A stretch of DNA of 63,989 nt, the filler included, from Reticulomyxa filosa (Eukaryota > Protista > Foraminifera): NCBI GenBank assembly GCA_000512085.1. It is 29 parts of 29 records of this genome, joined end to end, with 100 filler letters (N's around TTAATTAATTAA, not from the genome) between each part and the next. Parts side by side here need not be neighbours in the genome. Positions count along the whole stretch, not along the records: positions 24,642 to 26,922 come from ASPP01021529.1; positions 27,023 to 28,403 come from ASPP01003367.1; positions 28,504 to 29,642 come from ASPP01005058.1; positions 29,743 to 30,891 come from ASPP01048419.1; positions 30,992 to 31,991 come from ASPP01042186.1; positions 32,092 to 34,094 come from ASPP01003855.1; positions 34,195 to 35,912 come from ASPP01003442.1; positions 36,013 to 37,277 come from ASPP01029652.1; 21 more parts are not named here. One strand, 5' to 3'. Position 1 is the first letter of the stretch; every line of letters begins with the position of its first letter. This document shows positions 24,692 through 37,099 of the stretch, piece by piece. A model generated the notes under the pieces. That model had not been told where the DNA came from. It saw only the letters and a list, made by a program, of their open reading frames with translations, and did not search any database. A program made the translations under genes and the position numbers.

Positions 24692-25357
24692 GCTAAATAT
24701 TTCAAATTGTTACAAGTTCTTGAAGGGCATAGTAGGGCAATAAGAAGTTTACAATTTTCACCTGACGGTCGAAATATTGTTTCAGCTTCAGAAGATGGAA
24801 CAATTCGAGTATGGAATGTTGCATCCGGAAAACTAATTCAAAATTGTATAGGACACACCAGTTATGTTTGTGGTGCAAAATTTTCACCAGATGGGAGGAC
24901 TATTATTTCGTGTTCATACGACAAGACAATTCGATTATGGAATGTAAAATCAGGTGAAAGATTGAAAGAATTGAAAGGGCATTTAGGCTCTATACAATGT
25001 GCAATATTTTCTCCAAATGATCAATTTGTTGTTTCATGTTCATGGGATAAAACAATTCGAATATGGAATGTGGAATCAGGAAAACAAGTAGGAATATTGG
25101 ATGGACACTCCGGTGTTATGAATGCTGTAAAATATTTTTCAGATGGCCACACGATTGTGTCAGCTTCGGCTGATAAGACAATTCGACTATGGGATATAAA
25201 ATCAATGAGTGTAATACAAGAATTAGAAGGTCATACCTCATATGCGTATTGTGTGGATGTTTCACCTGACGGAAGTACAATTGCAGCAGGTTTCGTTAAT
25301 AAGACCATATGTATTTGGGGGATAATGACATTTCACAATTTTTTATTATTTCATTAA
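24692..25357 (+). CDS. WD40-repeat protein, last exon (5 high-consensus repeats)
   Basis: Repeated GH...FSPDG..IVS.S.D.TIR.W units. Confidence 0.95.
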   Translation, partial: AKYFKLLQVLEGHSRAIRSLQFSPDGRNIVSASEDGTIRVWNVASGKLIQNCIGHTSYVCGAKFSPDGRTIISCSYDKTIRLWNVKSGERLKELKGHLGSIQCAIFSPNDQFVVSCSWDKTIRIWNVESGKQVGILDGHSGVMNAVKYFSDGHTIVSASADKTIRLWDIKSMSVIQELEGHTSYAYCVDVSPDGSTIAAGFVNKTICIWGIMTFHNFLLFH

Positions 25358-25574
25358 AGTTGATATTGTAACTATTTTTATTTTTATTTTTGCTTTTTGA
25401 ACAATATCTTTTAGAGTGGTTTTTTTTTTTAGTATAATCTAAATCAACACATAACGTAGCTGAGTCAATTTTGTTTCGAGATACAAATGAACATCAATTA
25501 AATTAGATTAAATAAAATAAATTTAAAAAAAAAAAAAAACAAATCAATAAAGGAACAAGGAAAGTTATGTAAGC

Positions 25575-26922
25575 TTATAGAAAAACAAGAAAAATTTCGC
25601 TGGGGACTCCACTTTTCACTGAGTCAATGCTTTGAATTTTGGAAGACAGCAGCAGCTGCACAATCATTTTCTCTTCAGGACTCTCTTCCATCAACTGTTT
25701 GGTCGTATGAAGTAGAGTTTCCAATTGTTGTAAGTATGTTTGTTTTTGGCATTGTTTCTTAGGAATTGATTGGGTTGAGGAATTGGCCAGCAAAGCACTT
25801 TTATCACTCTCACCATCGCTATCAAACGCACTCCACGTTTTGGGCTTAGTACGGAAGAAGCTTGGCTGTCTTGGCTCAGAACGGAAGTGCATGTTAAAGT
25901 TGTAATCCTGAAATGGCTGACCACGAAAAGTTTCAGAAACACTCTGGCATAGCAAACCATTGTTGGTGCTGTCTACCTTATGGATCGTCTCTTTTACGTC
26001 AGAAAGGAGATTTGGAGCCAAGCATGCTTCTTGAGCCCCAACAAGACTTGTGTCTTTCATCTCAACCATCTCTCGTTCTCTGAATGAAGATGGATATGCC
26101 ATCACAGCTTTGTCACTCGTTATTGGTTTAACTTCTGATCAACACAGAGAAATATAGTGATATTTTTTTTTGTAGGATATGCAAGAGATATAATTAAAGG
26201 AGAGAGAAAGACAGAAAAAATGAACTGGGAACAAATGGAATACTCGAAGCGGTAACTAGTTCAACAATTTGAAGAGAAAAGGGTACGATCATCTTTTGCT
26301 TGTTGTGATTGTGAATCTTTGTGGTTTGATCCGTCAATGAATGTACCTTTCGTGTCAAATGCTTGACCGTGTCAACAACTGCACATTGTCGTGAGCACTC
26401 TCGTTCGATGCTGCGTGCAAGAGAAACTACCGTCTCTTGCCAGACATCAAATGAATGCAAGCACTGGGTTTCAATTTCTTTCAATGCAATTTGCAAATGT
26501 TTCACTTGTTGTTTTTGTGATGTCCATTTTTTTATATCTTCGTCATTGCTTTGTTTCAAACTTGCTTGCAGCTCGGCATTCCTTTTTTTTATAACAAAAA
26601 ATAAACATAAAGTGATACAGTCTGTCATTTTTAAAAAAAATTTTTTTTGTAACTGTTGTTGTAGTAATTGATATTGCTCTTGTAATGTCTGTTTCTCCGA
26701 TTCGCTGTTCTTTACTTTGAACGGAAATTAATTCAACATATCCAAAAAGAAAAAGGGATGCCACGTATACATATATTTTAAAAAAAAAAAAAAAAAAAAC
26801 GTAGTTCTGTGGCGCAAACGAGTCTAAAGACAATACAAACATTAAAACAAGTTTATTGTCCATACGTTGCTGTGTTAATGCAATTAACGCAGTTTTATTG
26901 GCAGGTCCACACGATCCCAGAC
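25575..26922 (-). CDS. Multi-exon coiled-coil hypothetical protein, 5' partial
   Basis: ORFs 26194..26628 and 25575..26105 plus short upstream exons, with heptad-like composition. Confidence 0.5.
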
Positions 26923-27101
26923 NNNNNNNNNNNNNNNNNNNNNNNNNNNNNNNNNNNNNNNNNNNNTTAATTAATTAANNNNNNNNNNNNNNNNNNNNNN
27001 NNNNNNNNNNNNNNNNNNNNNNCTTTCAATGTTTGAACAAAAGCAGGTTGCATTACACTTCTGCTTTCTGCACAACTTACGCATGAATACTAAGCATACT
27101 T

Positions 27102-27900
27102 ATGCTGAAGGTGGGCCACACGTCATACTCAGTCAAGGGTTCATCATATTGTGGGGGTAGTGCAGGTCTGCCTTATGTGAAGCTTCAAAGTCTCAATGTC
27201 GGCACCACATGCAATGTCACGTACAACAGCATCGAGACATTCAACTTGGCCAACGTCAACTCCACCGAACAGGCTTGTGTTACCTCGATTTGTGGATCCA
27301 ATTTAATGTGTGCCTTTTCGTTTGACCTCGGCAGCACCGGAGACAAGTCTCTGGAGCAGCAGACTCAACTTCAACCAAACCATGAATGCCATTGATAACT
27401 CTTTCGAGTGCTATCCTCCTTACGCGAACAATGGCACGTGTGTCGCGGACAATCCTTGCAGCTGTATGTGCGAGTTTACAGGGAATTGATGCGACAATAA
27501 AAGATCATTGGCTCCATTTTTAACAGGTTTGTAAAAAAATATTCTTAATCAATAAATAATAAATGATAATAATAATTTTATTTAAATAAAACAATTATAT
27601 AATACACACACATACATTAAAAAAAATAAATTATAATAATAAAAAACAGTTTAACCAAGTACATCATCTACTCATTATTCTACACAGAGCCCGACAGTTA
27701 TAGAAGAGCTCTTGCTTAATTCCTATGCACAATTGACGGGATTGCTGCAAGTGGTATTGTTGTAATTGGAGTGATTGGAATAATAGTTTTCAAATTCTGC
27801 ATGTGCTGTGGCCAGTACAACACAACAACAAACACTGGATCAGATACAGTCCATCCCATAAACCAAAGACAGCCACTTTGGAGTCAGAACTCGTGCAACA
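27102..27900 (+). pseudogene. Disrupted cell-surface protein: SUSD2/MUC4-like Cys segment + EGF-like + TM
   Basis: ICGSNLMCAFSFDLGSTGD; frameshift near 27365; ECYPPYANNGTCVADNPCSCMCEFTGN*C (EGF-like with in-frame TGA); later TM IAASGIVVIGVIGIIVF. Confidence 0.5.
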
Positions 27901-28590
27901 ACAACTTTTCCGACAGACGTTGCTGGTGTTACCATTCACAGTACCATCTTTATTGCGAGCATTTTTTCTTTTTCAATCATTTTTTTTTTGTGTGACCGTT
28001 TTGAGCAACACTTTTTTGTGTATTGTCGCTTCTCAAACAACTTGCGATATATTTGCTGTACAAGTTACGAACGCCGCTGTGAATTTTTAATATAGGAAAA
28101 CGAAAAAAATAACTACATTAACATTTTTTTACGATTTTCTTTTTCTACAGAAGCCAACAATAAAAAAAAATAATAAATTGCCCAAGAACAAAATGATCTA
28201 TCTTTTAATCATTGATGATGCTTTGTTGGAATTTATGTCATAATGCAGATGTTTTTTTCTCTTTAAGTTAAAACTGGTTGGTGACGATCTTCAATTAGAT
28301 GAATTGTAATAATTTGAAACATTAATTTTTGAAATCAATAAGTTTCTATAAAAAATTTGTTTATGTGAACACGCTTATGAAAGTTTTATTATAATTTTTT
28401 GAANNNNNNNNNNNNNNNNNNNNNNNNNNNNNNNNNNNNNNNNNNNNTTAATTAATTAANNNNNNNNNNNNNNNNNNNNNNNNNNNNNNNNNNNNNNNNN
28501 NNNCAATCACACGTGTGCAAGGACACACTTATGCTGCTGTGTACATATATGTGTGTTGCTCTTTCCTTGTTGACATTGTGTTTGAAAAAG

Positions 28591-28728
28591 CTGTTGTTTC
28601 CTGGGTATATGCGCCATCATGTTCAACCTGTATATGGCACAGACACCAGAATTTCATTTGCTTTTAATATCCCTGGAAGTTGGGAACATTTGGCTGGTGT
28701 TAGCACCACTTATTACTATCACAAATAA
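28591..28728 (+). CDS. Last exon of a putative 2OG-Fe(II) oxygenase (TIGR02466/PF13759-like)
   Basis: LLFPGYMRHHVQPVYGTDTRISFAFNI matches the L.FP.WL.H.V.P....RISIAFN C-terminal pattern. Preceded by an AG acceptor. Confidence 0.7.
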   Translation: MLFPGYMRHHVQPVYGTDTRISFAFNIPGSWEHLAGVSTTYYYHK

Positions 28729-31051
28729 TTTTATTTTTTTTTTTTTTGTAATAAAATTATATCTTGTTCAAGTTAGTCACGTCAACTTTCTTGCTTGTTG
28801 GTGCAACTAAGGGTTTCATTATTTTATACTTGTCAAAAACAAACAGTTTTTAGTGCATTTCAGAAGGAATTTTTATGTTAGCAAAATAACTACGGAATGG
28901 AAAAGAATTATCAATTGATTATTTATGTTACAGTAACATGTATGAAAATAAAAAAATTATAATAAATTGCAAACAAGTGTGAGCCTTGGAAGCAACATTG
29001 AAACGTAGTTTAAAGTTTGATTTTTTTTAAAATCCAAGTCAAATCAACTTGTAGTAGATTAACTCAAAAGGATACAAACGTCCTCAGCCGACGACATTGC
29101 CCGCGAGTACTGCTCCAGAGCTTCCATCGACAACAAATGAGTTATGCACAATTTTTTTGGCCAGTATTCAAAATAGATCAAATTAAAATTACTTTTTGTT
29201 GACTATCATATCCAAACATACGCAATAACATTCACAATAAAAGATCTGTTGACGCAATTACACAAAAAAAATAACAAATTTATTGGCATAACCGCACATA
29301 CTCAATACATAAACACAAGCAAAACTTCTCCTTACGTAACATTTTCTAAGATTTTGTGGCACAAAAAAAAAGTGTGTGCATGAAATTTTGTATAGGGTAA
29401 GGGAGCAGGACAACAATAGGGTTTTTAACTGCCTCAAAGGCAGTAAGGTCATTTAATTCTCTGTTATTATCCTGTCTAAATGTCCAATCAACCTGCGGAT
29501 ATTAGCTAGACAATTATATGATATTTTTTTTCTTTCCAAAATTATTTTTTTTTGTGAGTGATAAAAAGAGCAATTGCTAGACATTTTAATGATGTTTTTT
29601 CTTACAAAAATATTTTTTGCTTTTGGAATGTGGTTTCGTTAANNNNNNNNNNNNNNNNNNNNNNNNNNNNNNNNNNNNNNNNNNNNTTAATTAATTAANN
29701 NNNNNNNNNNNNNNNNNNNNNNNNNNNNNNNNNNNNNNNNNNTATTGAAAGAAGATTGCTTCATCTAATTGATTTAAAAAGAGATAAAATGATATTACCT
29801 TCAAATGTGAATATGGTCACAGAACTGGATCGTACACACAAAAGCTATGCGCTTCATATTTTATCCAGTTGCCGACGCTATTGGCACACCAGAGAGCACA
29901 GCTCTCCAAATTGATCTCCGACAAGAATAAGGAGACAATTTCCGTAATGCAAGTTCCGTCCAAATTCACTTTTGTTTCCATTCACCATTCTCATATATTT
30001 ACATAAAAAAAAATTACCTGTCTTAATCTTTTGTCATTCAACAACATGTCAACAGTTCTTTATTTACTTGTTAATAGAAGGGCTGATAATGCATATAATG
30101 TGGTGTCAACACTTGATAAAATACAAAGGTCCTGACAAAATGGCACTTTATGAAGATGAATTCTCCATTTAAAGTAAAACAAAAAAATGATTTGATATGA
30201 GCAATGAGATTTTATGTGCTTGAGACACCAAGCGGACCTGTTTGGCCTCGGAGAGCTTCAACAGCTTTGCGAAAAAAAAAATAATAATGCCCGAAAAGCA
30301 ACGAAAAGGCCCCCAAAGGCCCGGAAACCAACAAGAAAGAATGCTTCAACAAATTTTATGTTTGTTTTATTTATTTTGATTGCAATAGTCTAGTTTAATT
30401 TTGTTAGTGGTGGTGACTGATATTGTTGATTTTTATACATTTTAATTTGATTGATATTTTCCTTCGAAACATATAACACCATCGTTTGCCGAAGTCTCGT
30501 AGAGTCTGAGAGTGGTCCCAAAGGGACCCTTGGATTCACTCTGGGCTGCACAGATGTGAGCAATGCAAATGTGTGATGATTACAAATATTTTATTGATTA
30601 AATTGACATCATTTTGAATTGTATAAAATGTTGCCTGTCTACTTTCACCAAAACAAATTTTAAAGTAAAATTATTGCTTCAATGTCGAAGCATTAATTTT
30701 TTGTTAGTTACTTTTTGTAACGTATTGTATCATTTAATACTGTGTTCAACTTTGAGAACGTGTCCACTTCCAGCTATATCACGCATAGTTCCATACATGT
30801 TGTCGTACCTCCGCAAATGTAAATATCTTTTTTATTAGCATTGGATATACGTCATCACCATCAATGCTGTTGTTGTTCAAATGAATTATCANNNNNNNNN
30901 NNNNNNNNNNNNNNNNNNNNNNNNNNNNNNNNNNNTTAATTAATTAANNNNNNNNNNNNNNNNNNNNNNNNNNNNNNNNNNNNNNNNNNNNATATATATG
31001 TGTACATATATGTATACATATACATATATATAAATGTACCTACATAAAACA

Positions 31052-31991
31052 AACTCACCCATTTGCGATGGGACAACGCGCTTCGAGCAAAAGAATAGAA
31101 AAAGCGGTCTTCGGAGCGTATGGTGCTCCAATCGAAACTTTCCAACTGCTGGAAGTTGTTCTGTCGCAAGGCTTTCCAATGTGGCGCTTGCGATTGGCCG
31201 GACGCGCGCGACGAGGATGACATGACATCGAATAAAAACCAGTCCAGCATGTTATTTTGCAAGGAGGGCACTCTGGTGGCAATAACGTGGTTGGAGGTGA
31301 CGACAAAGATGTCAAACACTTTGCGCGGGTCTGTGGAAAGAGCGGTCTGTTGTGAGTAGGACGAGACGAGAATGGGTGCCAACCACAACGAAGACGAGGT
31401 ATTATTAATGGAACAAAGACTTCGCGTTTCCCAAGCCATGCTTGGACGATTTTGCTGCGAACGAGAAGACATAGCATTATCGGCGTGTGCAGTAGCAAGA
31501 TTCATTTGACATGGATAGCACCAGAGTGTCAATTGATTATACTCGCGCCGACTCACTCCAATGACCATGCATTGGGTATGTTCCAGCCAATGCACTCTCG
31601 TGCGTTGCAACAGACACGAGGAGTGGCACGTGTACTCGACGTTGAACTTTTGCAAGTCCACGTCCACCATCGTGCGACATTGCGACAAGTCCAAGTCGTT
31701 GCATTTGATACTCCATTGTTTGTGCAGCACCACATTGCTTTGTGAGTGCTTTTCTTGCTTTTGCTTTTGATTGGTTTGATTTTGATTGGTTTGATTTTGC
31801 TCTTGATTTTTTTGTTTTTGTTTTTGCTTCGAATTCTTTGTGTCTGCTTGTCCTATGGACGCCGTTGTGTCGATGACATAGCCATACAAGACGCCATCAC
31901 TCAACAGCACGGCGATCGACGTACCATCCAGCATGTCGTAGTCAATGATCTGAAGACCCGCCGCCGCGCCCTGCGTTTTGTGCATCGTTGC
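31052..31991 (-). CDS. Internal exon of a hypothetical protein (possible beta-propeller with Q-rich insert)
   Basis: Over 300 codons open with elevated GC, ending at a GTGAGT donor. Confidence 0.6.
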
Positions 31992-32369
31992 NNNNNNNNN
32001 NNNNNNNNNNNNNNNNNNNNNNNNNNNNNNNNNNNTTAATTAATTAANNNNNNNNNNNNNNNNNNNNNNNNNNNNNNNNNNNNNNNNNNNNTCACAACCG
32101 TTGACTGATCTCTAACTCCATTTGAGATTTGCTTTTAAACTTAATTAAGACTTTAAATTGTTATTTTTTACTTGTTGTGTTGATTGTGAGTGAGTTTTTG
32201 ATAAATCTTGTAGATCTTTTCCTTTGATTTTGTTTTTATTTGAGTGCTCTTTTTAACTGGGATAAGATCTCATTCTTGCTAAAAAAAAAAAAAAAAAAAA
32301 AACCTGTCCAGAGCATACATTCACGCAGCTGAAGTTGGTATTCCAAATTTGCAGATCAGCAGAACAAGA

Positions 32370-33533
32370 TGGATGTTAATAATAATAACATCAAAAGAAA
32401 CACAACAAAAAGGAAAGCATCAGATGATGAATTAATAAATGAAGAAGTGAAAAAGGCAAAGCATTATCGCTCAACTTTATAAGTTGTGTCAAGTTCAAAT
32501 TCGCAACACAACGACGAAAAGAAAGCTGATGAGATTATTCGAGAACATGTGGAAAAAGGATACGACAATTTCTTTGCTCCAACGTTCCAATTAAATCCAA
32601 AGAACTTCGATCAGCAACATCAGTGGTTAAGTTCCTTGGATTAAAGAACAGGAATGTGTTGTCCAGAAAAGTATTAGCACACACATTTTCTGGAAATTTC
32701 CGCACATTATTTATTCATTGTGCAGTTGATATCAGCGAACAACATTCTATGCTGAACAAATAAGAAAAAGGTCAACAACGATCAAAAGCAGAAAAATAAG
32801 AAATCTGATGCTGATAAAATTTTATCGCTAAGACGTGAATTGGCAAGTTAATATTTTTGTTTGCTATCCAAAATAAGGGAAATTTGGAATGAAATCAGAT
32901 ATGTTGAATCAGTTATTTGGACATTCTGGAATTGGCAATTCCAGTATTCTATCATCGCAACAACGGCAATATTGATGGCAATCCAAAGAAACGGAAATTG
33001 TCAGAAAATGATGACATTTCCGATATAAGTGCCAAGAAGAGAAGAACAAATGAACAATCTTCTCAAGTGCAAGTCGCTGCAAAACATGAAGTGAATGAGA
33101 AAAAGAAAGAAGAACAAATCACTTTCGAAAACATGTGGAAATTTAAGCCAAGAATTCGACATGATGTCTTATGTTCATCAAAGCCAAAGATCTTAAGTCA
33201 GCGACATCGGTACTTAAGTTCCTTGGCTTGAAGAACAATAATCAATTGTCAAGAAATGTTATTGCACACACATTTTCTGAAAAACCACAAAGCATCGAAA
33301 TGTCGACACAAGAATGATCCAAGTCGACATCGATGTGTATTGTGCAAGAAAGGTCACGGAAAGATGCTGATGAAATCTCATCATTGAAATATGAAATTGA
33401 AGAGATGAAAGCAGCATTCAAAGAAATCACGACACTCGTGCAATCATTCAAAGCGATGATGCAGATGGGAGTTGGAAACAGATCAAGAGATGAAGTCAAC
33501 ATATCAAATAATGGCATGTATATGAATCTATGA
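32370..33533 (+). mobile_element. Decayed, internally duplicated ORF1-like region upstream of a LINE endonuclease remnant
   Basis: Two diverged copies of one segment (TTCGARAACATGTGGAAA...TTAAGTTCCTTGG...GCACACACATTTTCTG at about 32538-32695 and 33124-33282), many stops, and a coiled-coil tail at 33333-33533. Confidence 0.45.
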
Positions 33534-33654
33534 ACAGTGATTTGTTGATCTTCCAGAATAATATCAACGGGTTTTATTCCAAGGCCCAAATATTAGAATC
33601 GTGTTGGATTGAATGATTAAATATTATTAACACATTACCATTTAATTATCAACA

Positions 33655-34094
33655 TTAAGCATTGATATCACATTATGCACATCATCTATTCTTCCATTTG
33701 TTAGCAATTGGAGGACAGATGGTGTTGAATTGGATGTGCATTCAGATCATCTCCCAATCACGTTCAATATCAAAACCACGTGATCCTCACCACGAATTGC
33801 ACGACAAAAGATTGAGACTTGGAATCTGAGAAGCAACAAATGGGAACAATTTAGATTGAGATTGAAAAGAAATATTGACAATTGGATGCTATTGTATTGA
33901 ACAATACAGAAACATTGGATAAAGCTGTCGAATCTTGGACCAAATGTGTTGATGCCGGTGAAGCAAAATTGGTATCAGGACGATATGGAAAGGCAACAAG
34001 CCATGGTGGAGTGATAGTTTATCTCGTGCTAAGCAATTGCGAAAGAAATCGCTGCATGAAGGCAACACAAGGAATTTATTTACCAATAAGATAT
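33655..34094 (+). mobile_element. Non-LTR retrotransposon (LINE) ORF2 remnant: end of APE endonuclease and linker
   Basis: SIDITLCTSS...LDVHSDHLPITF (APE S.ID and SDH motifs), WNLRSNKWEQFR, then KGNKPWWSD after frameshifts. In-frame TGA at 33781. Confidence 0.85.
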
Positions 34095-34844
34095 NNNNNN
34101 NNNNNNNNNNNNNNNNNNNNNNNNNNNNNNNNNNNNNNTTAATTAATTAANNNNNNNNNNNNNNNNNNNNNNNNNNNNNNNNNNNNNNNNNNNNAAAACA
34201 TAAGATTGACAATGTACTTGTTAAATGGACTTCTGACAAATTTTTTCGCAGTTGAATAAAGTTAAGACGATTTCGCTTTTCTTCAGTTACCGAGATGTAA
34301 AAAAAAAAGCAAGAAAATTAGTAAAAAAGTACAATTACTATTTGGTGGAGAATAGAGGAAAGTAATTAAAAAATTTGTTTCCCTTTTCGATAGAATTTAC
34401 TCTTTGAGTAAGTACAACTTGGGTTTTGTGTTTTTCTTTGATTATCAGTTTGATTTCTTCCCTGGTGATACTAATTCACTCATCATTTTTAGGCTGCTTG
34501 CTTGTAGCAATCACATTATTTTTAGCAGCAACATATGGATATTATTCTCCGTCACTTGGCATGAAGCCTTCAAGTTTTTTTTGCACTTTTTGTGCATTGT
34601 CAGATGATATCATTTTTTTGACTACGAATTTACAAATCAATTTCTCTCAAAAATGAGTATTTAGGTCAAAGAACTGTGTTCGTAATAAGAAAGAATTTGA
34701 AGTGCCAAACAAAACAAAAAAAAGGAACTGTTCATTTCATCCTTTCAGGTCCGATTTGCAATCAAATCAAACATTTTTGAAAGTTGAAACCATGCCAAAA
34801 TTAAACGCGTCGGTAAACGTAAAGCTCCTCACTGTCGCATAGGA

Positions 34845-35323
34845 ATGACGGAAGACGTGGCAAAAGCAGCCAAAAGAAAATTTCGCAAATATTACTACCG
34901 TGGCATTGAAGTGGAGAAGTGTCGGATTTGGGAACACGAGTTGAAAGAATTAGTTCATGCCGATCTCGAAGAGATTTGAGTGACAAACACAAATCATTTA
35001 TAAAACGATTGCACAAAGCCAAAAAAAGCGTTCAAGGCATCATTAAAAAACCCAAAATTATTAAAATCCATTTGCGAAATATGATTGTCGTTCCCGAGAT
35101 GATCGCAAGTCAGGTTGATGTTTACAACGGCAAAGGTTATATTCATGTTGAAATCAAGCCTGTTATGATTGGTTATTACTTGGCTGAGTTTTCCATTACC
35201 TACAAACCTGTTGGACACGGAAGACCTGGCTTGAGTAGCACTGGATCTGCCAAATTCATTCCATTGATTAAACAAAACAAAAAGAGTCCTTATTTTTGTT
35301 TTTTTTTAATTGGAATCATTTGA
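34845..35323 (+). pseudogene. RPS15: 40S ribosomal protein S15 (uS19) pseudogene
   Basis: [25 protein letters not shown], then frameshifts at about 34920-34965, then [44 protein letters not shown]. Conserved residues are altered and the normal stop is missing. Confidence 0.85.
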
Positions 35324-35753
35324 ACGCAAATTGTTATGTTTTTTTGACTTAAACAATATGCGAAAAACCGCTCAAGTTTGTTTGTTTTTTTTTTAGTAAC
35401 AAACATTTGTTAGAGTCAATAACAGTACAAATATTGATTTTTCCTTGTTTTGAAATAACTAACTAAGACCTGTTATTTCCTTTTTTAAAAAAGGATTATG
35501 CAAAGAATTAAAAAAGCACGACTGTTATTTGAGCTGCGCACGATTTGTGGACAAGTTCTTTTTTCTTAAAAAAAAGAACATAATTACAAATTGAAGGTCC
35601 AAAAAACGACAATCAAATAAAATCAAACACAAGTTTTGAAGTAGTCCTTTTATTTTTTTTTTTGAAAAACAATATCATAAGCAAGCGTGTCTTGGCTTCC
35701 ACGTAATAATATTTGCCAACATTTTCATTTAAAATTTCTGTCCGAATATCTTC

Positions 35754-35912
35754 TACAGTAGGTTGCAAAAAAAACTGAACACCTAAAATGCTACCTTATG
35801 AAGATGATAGATTTTCTTAATGAAAAACAAACATTTAAAGCTAATTTTTTTTTAAAATATCTACAAGTCTTGTAGTTTTTAAATATGACATTGATTTTTG
35901 AATAACTTTTTT
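35754..35912 (+). mobile_element. TA|CAGTA MITE-like repeat copy (truncated by contig end)
   Basis: TACAGTAGGTTGCAAAAAAAACTGAA...GATTTTCTTAATGAAAAA...AAAATATCTACAA..TTGTAGTTTTTAAATATGA is collinear with the 24075 copy. Confidence 0.8.
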
Positions 35913-36761
35913 NNNNNNNNNNNNNNNNNNNNNNNNNNNNNNNNNNNNNNNNNNNNTTAATTAATTAANNNNNNNNNNNNNNNNNNNNNNNNNNNNNNNN
36001 NNNNNNNNNNNNTAAATAATAAATAGTCAAAAAAGGAAATAAAATTTATTATTCAATATTGGGTTTAAACTTTAAAGATAAAATTGGGATGGATTGATGA
36101 TTTTGACAAATACAGTAGATGAAATTAATTTTAATGAAGACAATTAAAATTTTTGTTAACCATGCTGCTTTTAAATATTGATTTTGTTTATTTCATAATC
36201 ATTCAATTTTTTAATTATTTTCAAGATATTCAATAAATATTATATGAATGTTTTTATAACTCAACAATTAATAAATGTTGATAACAAAAATGGCAAAAAT
36301 TTCAAAAAATGAAATTCTGTTGAAATAATTGATTGTCTGCTGAAAAGAACTGTATAAAATGTAATACGAAAGATTTAAGCAACTTTCAACAAAAACGAAA
36401 TTAGTTAAACGAAGGAAAAACAATTGCAGAGAATAATCAACCAAAAACGTAAGACAAAAAACTGGCCATTATAAAGGAAGTTCTAAGGTTCAATTAGATT
36501 TTGCTGATAATTAATAAGGTTTTGTACTACACGTACTACATACAGATTTTATGATAAAATAACAAATCCTCAACCAATAACAAGCCAAAGAAAGACAAAT
36601 ATACAATCTTAAGAATTAGTATACATATCAACACAAAAAAAACTCAACATTTGTGGTTTTTTTTTCTCAATCCTGTCACCTTAAAAAAATTCAATCCAAC
36701 AAAGAAAGAAATCAAAATTTTTAAAATTTACTTTGAGAACAAATAACTACTACTTTAGTTC

Positions 36762-37099
36762 TTATGTTTTAAGAGACAAGCCAAGTAGTTCTGTATGATA
36801 GGCAACAGCTTCAGTTTGAGAGAATGAATCTGCTCCCAAGTACATAACGCAAGTTTCAATCCAGACAGGAGCACAGTTACCTACATATCGTTGTCGTTCA
36901 GATATGATTTGTTGAGCCTTAAGGCCAGTTTGTTGAAAGATTTGTTTTAATTGATCTGGCATATGATTGTTTTCTGGATCAATGTAATGCACCTTGTTAC
37001 CACAGATAATGACACCAACACAATGTCCATGAAATTAATAGGCAATAATTGATAACAAATATTATTTGTCTTGCTACTGTTTATAAGTTGTTTGATGTT
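36762..37099 (-). pseudogene. Ulp1-like / CE-clan cysteine protease domain remnant
   Basis: With one 1-nt frameshift near 37035 it reads NIKQLINSSKTNNICYQLLPIN/HGHCVGVIICGNKVHYIDPENN...QRYVGNCAPVWIETCVMYLG...EAVAYHTELL*, giving the His...Asp...Gln-x5-Cys order of clan CE. Confidence 0.6.

Noticed and set aside
27480-27495. In-frame TGA in an EGF-like unit as selenocysteine or stop-codon reassignment
   Set aside because: It is not at a Cys position, the same locus has a frameshift, and TGA, TAA and TAG appear as ordinary stops elsewhere in the window.
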